DNA of 62,187 nucleotides, counting the filler, from Chiloscyllium plagiosum (taxonomy: Eukaryota): NCBI RefSeq assembly GCF_004010195.1. It is 4 parts of one record of this genome, joined end to end, with 100 filler letters (N's around TTAATTAATTAA, not from the genome) between each part and the next. Parts side by side here need not be neighbours in the genome. Positions count along the whole stretch, not along the records: positions 1 to 19,894 come from NC_057711.1; positions 19,995 to 48,189 come from NC_057711.1; 2 more parts are not named here. One strand, written 5' to 3'. The notes beneath the pieces are model-generated. The model ran no database searches. It saw only the letters and a program-made list of their open reading frames with translations, and was not told the DNA's origin. Each line of letters starts with the position of its first letter. The stretch's first letter is position 1. This document shows positions 12,900 through 26,314 of the stretch, piece after piece. The position numbers were made by a program, and so were the translations under genes.

Positions 12900-13610
12900 T
12901 TCACTCTGTCTTCACCTCGAGTAATTCCTCAGTTGCTACTAAAATTGAGAATATTCCTGCTGCTTCCTCTTCCACTTCCCTTACCTCCTCTAGCCTTTCA
13001 AGTCAAGCTTCACTGAAGGTTCCTTCCTGTCCTATCCCTAAATTTACATCTCTCTCTAATTTCTCTCCAGTCTCCCCTTGGGCTCCCTCTGAGGTCAGTT
13101 GGCCACGGACCCACCTCCTGCTCTCTCGACTCGATTTCACCAGACTGCTGACCGTATAATATCCATTCCTTACTGCCATATTAGCTTATATTGTAAACAA
13201 TTCCTTCTCTTCAGATAATTAAAAGATCTGCATTCCTCTCAATCTGGCTTCTTGCACGTTCTCAGTGCTCATAACTCCACAATTAGATTAGATTAGATTA
13301 GATTAGATTAGATTTATTGTAAACAATTCCTTCTCTTCAGATAATTAAAAGATCTGCATTCCTCTCAATCTGGCTTCTTGCACGTTCTCAGTGCTCATAA
13401 CTCCACAATTAGTAGCTGTGCCATCTGCTCCCTCGGCCCTCAGCCTTGGACTTCACCTTTTCCTACTGATACCTCTGCCTTTTGACTTCTCTCACTTCCA
13501 ACTTTAACATGGTCTTTAAAACTTACTTCATTGACAAACCTTCTGGTCACCTGTCATAATATCTCCCTATGAAACTGTGATTTTATCACATTAAAAGATT
13601 TGATATAATG
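12900..13610 (+). mobile_element. L2-type LINE remnant with 3' end
   Basis: C/T-rich body and ggccctcagccttgg..ctttaaaacttacttcattgacaaaccttctggtcacctg 3' signature; a similar remnant lies at about 38520-38850. Confidence 0.6.
13189..13412. repeat. 98-bp direct duplication separated by an (ATTAG)n tract
   Basis: 13189-13286 is identical to 13315-13412; ATTAG pentamer run at 13282-13313. Confidence 0.95.
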
Positions 13611-14329
13611 GTAAAGCACATTAGTACATATTGTGGTCATGAACGGCATTACATAGATGCACGTATTTCTTAGTTAATAATCAATCGAAACAGTGGTGGA
13701 AGGAGAAAGGGAATGACTTCCAGTTTCAGTGGTTCAACTGGAAGTGTAAGTTGACTTTGAAAAGAATGATGTAAAGTTGAAAGATCAAACCCAGGCTCAG
13801 TTGGACCTTTTAGCAGGGAGGCCACTATACTGTGAATATTGAAAGCATTTCCTGCCTTCATTTTACTTGGTTATCGCTGTGCTCGCAGAGAATTTCCATT
13901 GGCAGGTTGATCAAACCATGCCAGGTCACAAAAACACAGGCGATTCCCTGGAAATCAGACCTGTATCCTTTCACATGGCCATTATCTAACTGCTTCTGTG
14001 AGAAATTTAGCATGAGCGGGGAAGTTGTCCCATAGCCTCCTGGCCTATCTTGAGGCAGTTGAAGCACTTCAGTGACCTATATTTTTACCAGTGGAGGGGG
14101 TTGCCAGATAAACTCTGAGGGCCCTGCTGTGGATCAGCAGGTGAGTCCCTCCATACCGGATACTCTGAATCCAATGGGAGCTCACCACTACAGCAATCTC
14201 TATCCCCTCCTTCCCTCACTCTACATGTTTCTCCCATCCCATATGTCCTCCAGATTCTTGCTGGGGCCTCCCTCACTGACTATCAGTCCAATCTCCATGA
14301 ATAGTTCCCATGTAGTCCCAATATTGGCC

Positions 14330-16550
14330 ACAATCTCTCCGAATGGATCTGATCTCCTTGCTGGGAGGGTTGCTCAGCTGTTGGAGAGGGTGTAACACTA
14401 ATTTGGCAGGAGGATGTAAAGTTGGGAGCAAGATCCAAACAGATATAGAAGGAATGGTAAGACAGTCCAGTAGAAGGCATAGGCAGCATAAGGCACAAGG
14501 AAGGTCTAGAAAGCTAAGTTGTATCTATTTTAATGCAAAGAGTTTGACTGGTAAGGCAGATGAACTTAGAGTGATTGGTTGAGGAAAGGACAGGGAATGG
14601 TAGCTCAACATTCCAGGGTATAGAAGTTTCAGGTGAAATAAGTGGGTAAGTAAGAGAGTTGGGAGCACTGGAATAATGAAGGAGGACGTCCTCAGCAGAT
14701 CTTCAAATGAGGTTTTCTGAGAAGAGGCTAGAAATAAAAAAAACTTTGCTGGGATTATATTACAGACCTTCAAATAATCAGAGGGAGATGGAGGAGCAGA
14801 TATGGAAGCAAATCACAGAATGGTGTGAGGGCAACAGGGTGATAGTTGTCGGGTATTTCAACTTTGCTGGGATCGCCTTAGTGTGAAAAGGTTACACAGG
14901 TGGAATTTTTAAACTGCATCCGGAAGAGCTTTTTGTGCCAGTATGTGGATAGATCTACTAGAGATGGGGCAGGGTTAGACCTTATCCTAGAGATTGAAAC
15001 CAGTCAAGTGGACTGGTTCCAGTGGACGAGCATTTTGGGGAGAATGACCATAACTCCAAGTTTCAAAGTCTTTATGGAAAAAAGAGCAGCAGAGATAGGT
15101 CCAGTAATTACAGACCAGTTAGTCTGTGTCCGTGGTAGAGAAATTACTGGAATAAATTTTGAAGGACAGGATTAATTAATATTTGGAAAGACAGAAATTG
15201 ATCGGGAATAGTCAGGCCGGATTTGTCAGAGGGAGATCCTGTTTGATAATTTAATTGAGACTTTTGAAAAGGTGACCAAATCGTGCAGTTAATGTGTTTT
15301 GCATGAAAGGCTTTTAACAAAGTCCACATGAAAGGTTGGTCCAAAAGGTGCCCATAAGATACAAAACAAGTTGGCAAACTGGTTTCAAAATTGGCTTAAA
15401 AAGAGGAGGAAGGAATGTAGGGATGTTTTTGATGCTTGTAACCAGCAGTGTACAGCAGAGATCAGTGCTGGAATCCTTGCTGTTTGTCATGTACATTCAT
15501 TACTTGGATGTGAATGTAGAAGGTATAATTTAGTAAGTTTGAAGATGACATGAAAATTGAGGGCATTACACATCATCTTTGCATTCTTTTTCGTCACAGG
15601 TGAGGTCCCAGAGAACTGGAGAATAGCCAACATTGTTGCTTTGTTTAAGAAGGGCAACAGGGATAATCTGGGAAATTACAGGCCAGTAAGCCTTACAAGC
15701 GTGATAGTGAAATTACCAGAGAAGATTCTAGGGACAGGATTTACACACATTTGGAAAAATATGGCTTTATTAGTGACAGGCAGCATGGCTTTGTGAAGGA
15801 GGAATTGTGTCTCACAAACTTGGTTGAGTTTTTTGAGGAAGTGACAAAGATGATTGATGAGGGCAGAGTGATGGATGGTGTCTATGTAGGCATTAGCAAG
15901 GCCTTTGACAAGGTTCCTCATGGCAGGTTGATAGAAAAAGTGAAGTCACATGAGATACATCTGGTCAGATGGATACAGAACTGGTTTGATATGGAAGTTA
16001 AAAGAAATTAGGGGTGGCAGGGTGTTTTTCTGAATTTGGCAACACAAGTGGATAAGGTGGTCACGATGGCACATGGCATGAGTTGGTCAGAGCATAGAGT
16101 AGAAAAATTAGCAAGTCATGATGCAGTTGTATAGATTTTTAGTCAGACCACATTTGGAATATTGCATACTGTTCTAGTTGCCATAGTACAAGAAGGATAT
16201 GAAGACTTTTGAGAAGGTACAGAAAGGCTTTATCAGAATGATGCCTGGTTTGGAGAATGTTAGCTATGAGGAGAGATTGGAAAACCTAGGGGACATGGGA
16301 TTAAGGTAAAAGGGGGAAACTATAAAGGAGATATACTATAAAGTAGATGTCAGAGACAAGTTCTTGACAAAGATGATGGCAAGTGCCTTGAATGCACTGC
16401 CAGAGGAGTTAGTAGAAGCAGATACACTTAAGCAACATTTAAGAAATATCTTGATAGATGCATGAATCGGCAGGGAATAGAGGGATAAGGACCTTGTAGA
16501 AGCAAGATGTCATGTGTCAGTGCAGTCTTGGTGGGCTGAAGTGCCTGGCT
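14330..16550 (+). mobile_element. Degraded composite CR1 LINE(s)
   Basis: CIYFNAKSLTGKADELR (APE), GNYRPVSLTSV, QHGFVK..CLTNLVEFFEEVT..KAFDKVPH (RT); 3' tail near 16500. Confidence 0.85.
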
Positions 16551-17064
16551 ATACTTTTTTTTATACACAAGAAAATTCTTCCCATTTGCAATTGAGTATT
16601 GTGTTAGCCTCACAATTTGTTTCAATAAGTGCTAGTTACCTTATCACACAGTATGTATTCTTCCTGCAATTGTTATTTAGCAATTGAAACTGTTATCCTT
16701 AAGTCAGTATACTCTTAAGTTTGGCAGTCTCATCCTGTAGAAAAAATCTCATTGTAAATGTACAAATAACTTGTTTTCCTAACTTCAACCTCATCATCCT
16801 CTAACCATAGGTTTCATTTCCATTTTCTCACACAAACACCATCTGTTTAAGCATTTCCTTCCAGGCAACTATGAAGTAATAGTTGTGCATTAATTCATCA
16901 TATTAAAATGTTGTGACTTAAATTTCACAAAATAATATTTAAAGCCTACATTGCTGATAAACACAGCATAGCAACGCAAAACCAGTAGCTTCCTTCCTCA
17001 ATCAAATCAGTCACAAAACCACGACTGCTATTTCAATTAACTTTTCTAAATCTGTTCTTTTACA

Positions 17065-18940
17065 AGGAGCGCAACAAGGGGACATGAGGTAACTTTGGCA
17101 AGTAGAGTTAAGGAGAATCCAAAGGGATTTTACAAATACATTAAGAACAAAAGTGTAACTAGGGAGAGAATAGGGCCCCTCAAAGATCAGCTAGGTGGCC
17201 TTTGTGTGGAGCCGCAGAAAATGGGGGAGATACTAAACGAGTATTTTGTACCAGTATTTACTGTGGAAAAGGACCTGGAAGATATAGAATGTAGGGAAAT
17301 AGATGGTGACATCTTGAAAAATGCCCATATTACAGAGGAGGAGGTGCTGGATGTCTTGAAATGCATAAAAGTGGAAAAATCCCCAGGACCTAATCAGGTG
17401 TACCTTAGAACTCTGTGGGAAGCTAGGGAAGTGATTGCCGGGCCTCTTACTCAGATATTTGTATCATCGATATCACAGGTGAGGTGCTGGAAGACTGGAG
17501 GTTGGCTAATGTGGTGCCACTGTTTAAGAAAGGTGATAAGGACAAGCCAGGGAACTACAGACCGGTGAGTCTGACATCAGTGGTGGACAAGTTGTTGGAG
17601 GGAATTCTGAGGGACAGGATGTACATATATTTGGAAAGGCAAGAACTGATTAGGGATAGTCAACATGGCTTTGTGTGTGGGAAATCATGTCTCACAAACT
17701 TGATTGAGTTTTTTGAAGAAGTAACAAAGAGGATTGATGAGGGTAGAGTGGTAGATGTGATCTATATGGATTTCAGTAAGGTGTTCAACAAGGTTCCCCA
17801 AGGGAGACTGGTGAGCAAGGTTAGATCTCATGGAATACAGGAAGAACTAGCCATTTGGATACAGAACTGGCTCAAAGGCAGAAGACAGAGGGTGGTGGTG
17901 GAGGGTTGCTTTTCAGACTGGAGGCCTGTAACCAGGGGAGTGCCACATGGATCAGTGCTGGATCCTCTACTTTTCATCATTTATATAAATGACTTGGGTG
18001 TGAGCATAAGAGGTATAGTTAGTACGTTTGCAGATGACACCAAAATTGGAGGTGTAATGGACAGTGAAGAAAGTTACCTCATATTACAACGGGATCTTGA
18101 TCACATGGGCCAATGGGCTGAGAAGTGGCAGATGGTGTCTAATTTAGATAAATGTGAGGCGCTGCATTTTGGGAAAGCAAGTCTTAGCAGGTTTTATATA
18201 CTTAATTTTAAGGTCCTAGGGAGTGTTGCTGAACAAAGCGACCTTGGAATGCAGGTTCATAGCTCCTTGAAAGTGGAGTCGCAGGTGGATAGGATAGAGA
18301 AGAAGGCATTTGGTATGCTTTTCTTTTTCAGTCAGAGTATTGAGTACAGGAGTTGGGAGGTCATGTTGCAGCTGTATAGGGCATTGGTTAGGCCACTGTT
18401 GGAATATTGCGTGTAATTCTGGTCTCCTTCCTATCGGAAAGATGTTGTGAAACTTGAAAGGGTTCAGAAAAGATTTACAAGGATGTTGCCATGGTTGGAG
18501 GATTTGAGCTATAGGGAGAGGTTGAATAGGTTGTTTTCCCTGGAGCATCGGAGGCTGAGGGGTGACCTGATACAGGTTTATAACATCATGAGGGGCATGG
18601 ATAGAATAAATAGACAAAGCATTTTCCCTGGGGTGGGGGAGTCCAGAACTAGAGGGCATAGGTTTAGGGTGAGAGGGGAAAGATATAAAAGAGGCCTAAG
18701 TGGCAACATTTTCACGCAGAGGGTGGTGCGTGTATGGAATGAGCTTCGAGACCAAGTAGTGGAGGCTGGTAGAATTGCAACATTTAAAAGGCCATTTGGA
18801 TGGGTATATGAATAGCAAGGGTTTGGAGGGATATGGGCCAGGTGCTGGCAGATGGGACTGGATTGGATTGAATATCTGGTTGGCATGGATGAGTTGGACC
18901 GAAGGATCTATTTCCGTGCTGTATATCTCTATGACTCTGT
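17065..18940 (+). mobile_element. 5'-truncated HER1/CR1 LINE with nearly intact RT domain
   Basis: ORFs 17095-17568, 17484-18416 and 18447-18815 contain NYRPVSLTS, QHGF, YMDFSKVFNKVP, GVPHGSVL, FADDTK; frameshifts and a stop; tail ctctatgactctgt. Confidence 0.95.
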
Positions 18941-19079
18941 AACTATTCCCTGAATAAATTACCTGTCTGGGGACAAAAGCCAAGGGCCAGAGAGATCTAA
19001 AATTTATGAATGGTTCCCACATGAGCAACCTGCTTTTCCTTGGCTCCATCAAAATAAGTTTCAAGTCAAGGACATTCTT

Positions 19080-19412
19080 TTTTGTTGACAGGTTTTTGCA
19101 AAGCCATAGCAACCAGAGCAGGCAGCATGACCAGGACACCATTCAAATTTGTGCTGATAACTGGCAAGAAACATACATGCCACCCAAAGACTGGGCAAAG
19201 GAGAGTCCAACAATTTGTCAGTACCCTTGGTGTTACTGTTGTCCAGAACTGAACTGGACTAGCCATATAAATACTGCAGCTACAAAAGCATGTCAAAGAC
19301 TAGGAATTATTTGATTGGTAACTCACATCGTGACCCCTTAAATCTGCTCACAAGGGGAAAGTCAAAAGTGTGATGGAGGACTCTCCACTTTCCAGGATGA
19401 GCACATCTACAG
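19080..19412 (+). mobile_element. Degraded CR1/L2-group LINE fragment (family also at 36460-37255, 39290-40200, 61390-61910)
   Basis: Shared motifs ccagaactgaactggactagccatataaatactg and aagtcaaaagtgtgatggaggactctccactt. Confidence 0.6.
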
Positions 19413-19418
19413 TAATAT

Positions 19419-19894
19419 TAGACAATAGACAATAGACAATAGGTGCAGGAGTAGGCCATTCTGCCCTTCGAGCCTGCACCACCATTCAATATGATCATGG
19501 CTGATCATCCTTAATCAGTATCCTGTTCCTGCCTTATCTCCATAACCCTTGATTCCACTATCCTTGAGAGCTCTATCCAACTCATTCTTAAATGAATCCA
19601 GAGACTGGGCCTCCACTGCCCTCTGGGGCAGAGCGTTCCACACAGCCACCACTCTCTGGGTGAAGAAGTTTCTCCTCATCTCTGTCCTAAATGGTCTACC
19701 CCGTATTTTTAAGCTGTGTCCTCTGTTTCGGCACTCACCCCGCAGCGGAAACATGTTGCCTGCCGCCAGAGTGTCCAATCCTTTGATCATCTTATATGTC
19801 TCAACCAGATCCCCTCTCAGTCTTCTAAACTCAAGGGTACACAAGCCCAGTCGCTCCAGTCTTTCAGCGTAAGGTAGTCCTGCCATTCCAGGAA
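19419..19894 (-). mobile_element. Young CR1 LINE 3' end running into a gap
   Basis: ORF 19515-19886 YAERLERLGLCTLEFRRLRGDL..RRNFFTQRVV..WNALP; (tagacaa)n tail. Confidence 0.92.
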
Positions 19895-19994
19895 NNNNNN
19901 NNNNNNNNNNNNNNNNNNNNNNNNNNNNNNNNNNNNNNTTAATTAATTAANNNNNNNNNNNNNNNNNNNNNNNNNNNNNNNNNNNNNNNNNNNN
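19895..19994. other. Unsized assembly gap with artificial TTAATTAATTAA linker (also 48190-48289 and 55055-55154)
   Basis: Three identical constructs of 44 N + TTAATTAATTAA + 44 N; the 12-mer gives stop codons in all six frames. Confidence 0.93.
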
Positions 19995-21336
19995 GTCACC
20001 CCTCAGCCTCCGATGCTCCAGAGAAAATAGCCCCAGCCTGTTCAGCCTCTCCTGTAGCTCAGATCCTCCAACCCTGGCAACATCCTTATAAATCTTTTCT
20101 GAACCCTTTCAAGTTTCACAACATCTTTCTAATAGGAAGGAGACCAGAATTGCACACAATATTCCAACAGTGGCCTAACCAATATCCTGTACAGCCGCAA
20201 CATGACCTCCCAACTCCTGTACTCAATACTCTGACCAATAAAAGAAAGCATACCAAATGCCGCCTTCACTATCCTATCCACCTGCGACTCCACTTTCAAG
20301 GAGCTATGAACCTGCACCCCAAGGTCTCTTTGTTCAGCAACACTCCCTAGGACCTTACCAATGAGTGTATAAGTCCTGCTAAGATTTGCTTTCCCAAAAT
20401 TCAGCATTTCCCATTTATCTGAATTAAACTCCATCTGTCACTTCTCAGCCCATTGGCCCATCTGATCAAGATCCTGTTGTAATCTGAGGTAACCCTCTTT
20501 GCTGTCCATTATATGCAGCGGCACGGTGGCTCAATGGTTAGCACTGCTGCCTCACAGCACCAGGGTGTCAGGTTCAATTTCAGCCTCGGGTGACAGTCTT
20601 TGTGGAGTTTGCACATTCTCCCCGTGTCTGCGTGGGTTTCCTCCGAGTGCTCCGGTTTCCTCCCACAATCCAAAGATGTGCAAGCTAGGTGAATTGGCCA
20701 TGCTAAATTATCCATACTGTTCGGTGCATTAGTTCAAGGGAAATGGGTCTGGGTGGATTGCTCTTCGGAGGGTCAGTGTGGGCTTGTTGGACTGAAGGGC
20801 CTATTTCCACACTGTAGGGAATCCAATTTAATCTAATCTACACCTCCAAATGTGGTGTCATCTGCAAACTTACTAACTGTACCTCTTATGCTTGCATCCA
20901 AATAATTTATGTAAATGACAAAAAGTAGACGAACCAGCACCGATCCTTGTGGCAGTCCACTGGTCACAGGCCTCCAGTCTGAAAAACAACCCTCCACCAC
21001 CACCCTCTGTCTTCTACCTTTGAGCCAGTTCTGCATCCAAATTGCTAGTTCTCCCTGTATTCCATGAGATCTAACCTTGCTAATCAGTCTCCCATGGGGA
21101 ACCTTCTCGAATGCCTTACTGAAGTCCGTATAGATCGCATCTACCACTGCCTTCATGCCCCTCTTTGTTACTTCAAAAAACTCGATCAAGTTTGTGAGAC
21201 ATGGGTTTCCCACGCGCAAAGCCATATTGACTGTTCTGAATCAGTCCTTGCCTTTCCAAATACATGTACATCCTGTCCCTCAGGATTCCCTCCAACAACT
21301 TGCCCACCACCGACGTCAGGCTCACCGGTCTATAGT
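19995..21336 (-). mobile_element. HER1/CR1 LINE RT region, interrupted by a SINE
   Basis: ORFs 20129-20434 and 20833-21225 (CLTNLIEFF, DFSKAFEKVPH, PQGSVL, FADDT) closely match 17484-18416. Confidence 0.93.
20515..20840 (+). mobile_element. HE1/V-SINE-type SINE with (TCTAA)n tail
   Basis: gcagcggcacggtggctcaatggttagc ... cacactgtagggaatccaatttaatctaatcta. Confidence 0.9.
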
Positions 21337-22702
21337 AGGTAAAAACTAGGACTGCAGATGCTGGAAACCAGATTCTAGATTAGAGTAATGCTAGAAAAGC
21401 ACAGCAGTTCCGGCAGCATCCGAGAAGCAGGAAAATTGACGTTTTGGGCAAAAGCCCTTCATCAGGAATAGAGGCAGAGTGCCTGCAGGGTGGAGGGATA
21501 AATGAGAGGAGGGTGGGGGTGGGGAGAAAGTAGCATAGAGTACAATAGATGNNNNNNNNNNNNNNNNNNNNNNNNNNNNNNNNNNNNNNNNNNNNNNNNN
21601 NNNNNNNNNNNNNNNNNNNNNNNNNNNNNNNNNNNNNNNNNNNNNNNNNNNNNNNNNNNNNNNNNNNNNNNNNNNNNNNNNNNNNNNNNNNNNNNNNNNN
21701 NNNNNNNNNNNNNNNNNNNNNNNNNNNNNNNNNNNNNNNNNNNNNNNNNNNNNNNNNNNNNNNNNNNNNNNNNNNNNNNNNNNNNNNNNNNNNNNNNNNN
21801 NNNNNNNNNNNNNNNNNNNNNNNNNNNNNNNNNNNNNNNNNNNNNNNNNNNNNNNNNNNNNNNNNNNNNNNNNNNNNNNNNNNNNNNNNNNNNNNNNNNN
21901 NNNNNNNNNNNNNNNNNNNNNNNNNNNNNNNNNNNNNNNNNNNGTGGATAGGTGGAAAGGAAGATAGGCAGGTAGGACAGGTCATGGGGACAGTGCTGAG
22001 CTGGAAGTTTGGAACTGAGGTGAGGTGGGAGAAGGGGAAATGAGGAAACTGGTGAAGTCCACATTGATGCCCTGGGGTTGAAGTGTCCTGAGGTGAAAAA
22101 TGAGGCATTCTTCCTCCAGGCGTCGGATGGTGAGGGAGCGGCGGTGGAGGAGGCCCAGGACCTGTGTGTCCTCAGCAGAATGGGAGGGGAAGTTGAAATG
22201 TTGGGCCACAGGGTGGTGGGTTGATTGGTGCGGGTGACCTGGAGATGTTCCCGAAAGCGCTCTGCTAGGAGGCGTCCAGTCTCCCCAGTGTAGACGAGAC
22301 CGCATCGGGAGCGACGAATACAATAAATGATATTGGTGGAACTTTGATGGATGTGGAAGGCTCCTTTGAGGCTTTGGATGGAGGTCAGGGAGGAGGTGTG
22401 AGCGCAGGTTTTGCAATTCCTGTGGTGGCAGGGGAAGGTGCTAGGACGGGAGGGTGGGTTGTTGGGGGGCGTGGACCTGACCAGGTAGTCATGGAGGGAA
22501 TGGTCTTTGCAGAAGGCGGAAAGGAGTGGGGAGGGAAATATATCCCTGGTGGTTGGGTCCGTTTGGAGGTGGCGGAAATGTCGTCGGATGATTTGGTTTA
22601 TGCGAAGGTTGGTGGGGGAGGGAAGGTTGCATACTTTCTCTCCACCCCCACCCTCCTCTCATTTATCTCTCCACCCTGCGGGCACTCTGCCTCTATTCCT
22701 GA
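21337..22702 (-). mobile_element. Penelope-like element 3' part (GIY-YIG endonuclease) with an inverted partial pLTR
   Basis: Minus strand at about 22230-22333 reads IIYCIRRSRCGLVYTGETGRLLAERFREHL; pLTR at 21337-21551; an inverted pLTR piece starts at about 22630; internal gap 21552-21943. Confidence 0.9.
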
Positions 22703-22711
22703 TGAAGGGCT

Positions 22712-23478
22712 TCCTTTATACTCTTAGAATAGATTCAGTGAATCCTTAAGTCGATACCTTACATATGCTTCCTTATTTTTCTTAACCAAACCCTCAATTT
22801 CTTTTGCCATCCAACATTCCCTATACCTACCAGCCTCCCCTTTCACCCTGAAAGGAATATACTTTCTCTGGATTCTTCTTATCTCATTTCTGGAGGCTTC
22901 CCATTTTCTAGCCGTCCCTTTTACCTGTGAACATCTGCCTCCAATCAGCTTTCGAAAGTTCTTGCCTAATACCATCAAAATTGGCCTTTCTCCAATTTAG
23001 AACTTCAACTTTTAGATCTGGTCTATCCTTTTCCATCACTATTTTAAATCTACAGGAATTATGGTCGCTGGCCCCAAAGTGCTCCCCCACTGACACCTCA
23101 GTCACCTGCCCTGCCTTATTTCCCAAGAGTAGGTCAAGTTTTGCACCTTCTTGAGTTGGTACATCCACATACTGAATCAGAAAATTGTCTTGTACACACT
23201 TAACAAATTCCTCTCCATTGTATCCTGGAACATTAAGCTGCCAGTCCTGCCCATCCCTGAGCCGTGTTTCTGTAATTGCTATGAAATCCCAATCCCATGT
23301 TCCGAACCATGCCCTGAGTTCATCTGCCTTCCCTGTTAGGCCCCTTGCATTGAAATAAATGCAGTTAAATTTATTCGTCTGACCTTGTCCCTGCCTGCCC
23401 TGACTGTTTGTTTGACTCACTTCTGTTCTCAACTGTGCCAGTCTCAGATTGATCTCTTTCCTCACTATCTCCCTGGGT

Positions 23479-23520
<42 letters not shown>

Positions 23521-24020
23521 NACTATCTCCCGGGTTCCCCCCCACTCCACCCCACTCCACCCCACCCCCCCCCACCTTACTAGTTTAAATCCTCCCAAGC
23601 AGTTCAAACTAATTTCCCTGGCAGTATATTAGTCCCCTTCCAATTTAGGTGCACTCCATCCTCCTTGTACAGGTCACTTCTACCCCAAAAGAGATTCCAA
23701 TGATCCAAAAATGTGAATCCTTCTCCCATACTCCAGCTCTCAGCCATGCATTCATCTGCTCTAACCTCGTATTCCTGCCCTCATTAGCTCGTAGCACTGG
23801 GAGTAATCCAGATATTACTACCCTTGAGGACCTCCTTTTTAAATTTTTGCCTAACTCTCTCTAATCTCCCTTCAGAATCTCAACCTTTTCCCTTCCTATG
23901 TCCTTTGTTCCAATGTGGACAATGACCTCTTGCTGGCCTCTCTCCCCCATGAGAACATTCTGCACCCTCTCTGAGACCTCCTTGATCCTGGCACCAGGGA
24001 AGCAACACACCATTCTGGTT
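22712..24020 (-). mobile_element. HER1/CR1 LINE 5' region (ORF1 remnant and APE endonuclease), internally deleted
   Basis: ORF 22908-23465 FNCIYFNARGLTGKADEL..IAITET..LDLLL..SDHN. Confidence 0.9.
23479..23520. repeat. Poly-C tract next to a single N and a short duplicated motif (likely contig-overlap artefact)
   Basis: About 40 C; actatctccc(t)gggttcccc occurs on both sides of N23521. Confidence 0.8.
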
Positions 24021-24487
24021 ATTTTGCTTTTGATTTAGCTTTTGATATGGATCCAGGTGCTCGAAATCTATTAAAAGGATCTATTAAGATGGGGTGAATT
24101 GATTGATTTTGAGAATATATTTGGTGTTTAAGTTATAATGTTGATTTGTTTTAGAATACTGTGGATTGTCACAGCTGTCAAAATGTGAGCCAAGTTTTCA
24201 GATCATGTTACTGGATATGGATTGGGTTGATTTGTGTCTCAGTGAGATGGTGTTTTTAACAACAAAAAAAAGTTCTGAGAGTTTAATAGTTGCAGAATGT
24301 CAATCAAACAGGAAACAAAAATGATAAGGAAAGCTTGTGTAAATGTAATAACTCTATTAAAGTGGCCAATGTATGCACTTTATATAATGCCTTTGGTACT
24401 CTTTGTCTCTGCATCATTTTTTGTTTATAAGAACATCCAACTCCTTGCTGTCAATATTTAATAGTTTGAAACAATTTTTTAAAAAGT

Positions 24488-24803
24488 AGATTCCCTACAG
24501 TATGGAAACAAGCCTTTCAGCCCAGCAATTCCATACCAAACCTCCGAAGAGTATCCCACCCAGACTCATTTCCCTATCCTACATTTATCCCTAACTAATG
24601 CACCTAATACTATTTAGCATGAACAATTCACCTGACTTGCACATCTTTGGACTGTGGGAGGAAACCGGAGCACCCGGAGGAAACCCACGCAGACATAGGG
24701 CGAATGTGCAAACTCCACACAGACAGTTGCCCGAGGCAGGAATCGAACCCAGGTCCCTGGTGCTGTGAGGCAGCAGTGCTAACCACTGAGCAACTGTGCT
24801 GCC
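24488..24803 (-). mobile_element. HE1/V-SINE-type SINE
   Basis: Reverse complement of the family at 2028-2345. Confidence 0.9.
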
Positions 24804-26314
24804 TTAAATATTTTATGATATTAATTTTTATAGTGAAGAATTACGTGAATAACCTCTAATTTCTCCAAATGTTACTGCATCTGCAGCCTTCCTGCCTGCC
24901 CATTTAATCCCTGCATACTTTCTTTGCAAAGTTTTCTTATCTTCCTCGCTGCTTATATTCCCACCAAGCTTTATGTCATCAGTAAATTTGAATACATTAC
25001 GTATAATTTCTAAGTCATTCAACCAGATTACTCATATTTATGTCATTTAATTACAATGTAAAACCATAATTTATGGGAAGCATTCAGCCCATCAAGTCTG
25101 CTGTGTCATTCAATGAAATCATGGTGGATCTGATAATCCTCAAATCCACTTTCCCACCTTTTTCCTCATAACCCATGATCCCCTTAGTGATTAAAAAATC
25201 TGTCTATCTCGGTCTTGAATACATTTATTACCCACCAAAAATATTGGAAATAGACAGCAGGTCAGACAACGTTTGTGAGGAGAGCAACAGCTAAATTTGT
25301 TTTAGGATTTTCAGCCTCCACAAAATTTGATTACATTTGACACAAAGATTTTTTCAATCATCAATAACAATACCACCATGGACAGTATAGTTAAGTACTA
25401 TGGTAGATATCGTGTACTACTCTAATTGTAATCCCGTTTGCATTGCATGTTTAGCTTCATGTTCAAATTGGTGACACAGTAAAAGAATAGAACAGGTAAG
25501 GGAATGGAATTACTTTGCAAAATAATGAGTTGTTTATTTGTGCATTTTTCTCTTCCATTGCTCAAAACAACAATCCTAAATTTATAGCTGCTTGCGAGGA
25601 AGTGACCAGATCTAACGTCCTCATCCACAAACTTAGAGCACTTTTCAAAAGAAGTTCAATTCCTTGAGTCAGTTTTGCAGCTGTTGTTTTTCTCCAAGTC
25701 CTGGAATTGTCCTTGCTACTGTTTGGTTTCCTGAATCCTCCCAATACATAAATAGTCTTTTGAAGATAGCGAACTCAGAATTGTACACATTATTCCAAAT
25801 TAAGTTCTGCAATGTTAAAATAAGCAAATCTGACTTGAATGCCCTTGATGTGCATTCCAGCTTAGATAACAGCCAGAAAAAGCAAAATATTGTGGATGCT
25901 GGAAATTTGAAACAAACACAGCGAATGCTGGAGAAAGGCAGTAGGTCTGGCAGCGCCCCTGGAGAGAGAAACAGTGTTCATGTTTTGAGACCAGTATAAC
26001 ATTTTCAGAACATGAGTTTCCAAGGAGGTCCCTGTGTTTGTTACACTTTTAGGAACCCCATACAAATATTGACACAGACCTCCACCTTTAATGTTTGAAA
26101 GGCAGTGTCAACTATCTAACGAAAATTTCATGCTCCTATGAACTTGTGATTCTTTGATATTCTACATGAAAACCTATGGTCTATCATTGACGAAACAGTT
26201 GCTGAATGTTTGGTAATGCACCCAGATTGGTGTCTTGTGTTAACCAGTGGACAGTAGATAGTATGTGAAATATGAGCCTGAAAGTACATACTCAATATAG
26301 GATATACTAATTTC

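Noticed and set aside
17484..18416. 310-aa ORF as a host gene or active element
   Set aside because: A CR1 RT fragment, 5'-truncated, with frameshifts and a premature stop.
19939..19950. TTAATTAATTAA palindrome recurring three times
   Set aside because: Always centred in exactly 44 N + 44 N; a synthetic six-frame-stop linker, not biology.
21380..22108. Long ORFs spanning N runs (also 44662-45760)
   Set aside because: Open only because of undetermined bases inside PLE copies.
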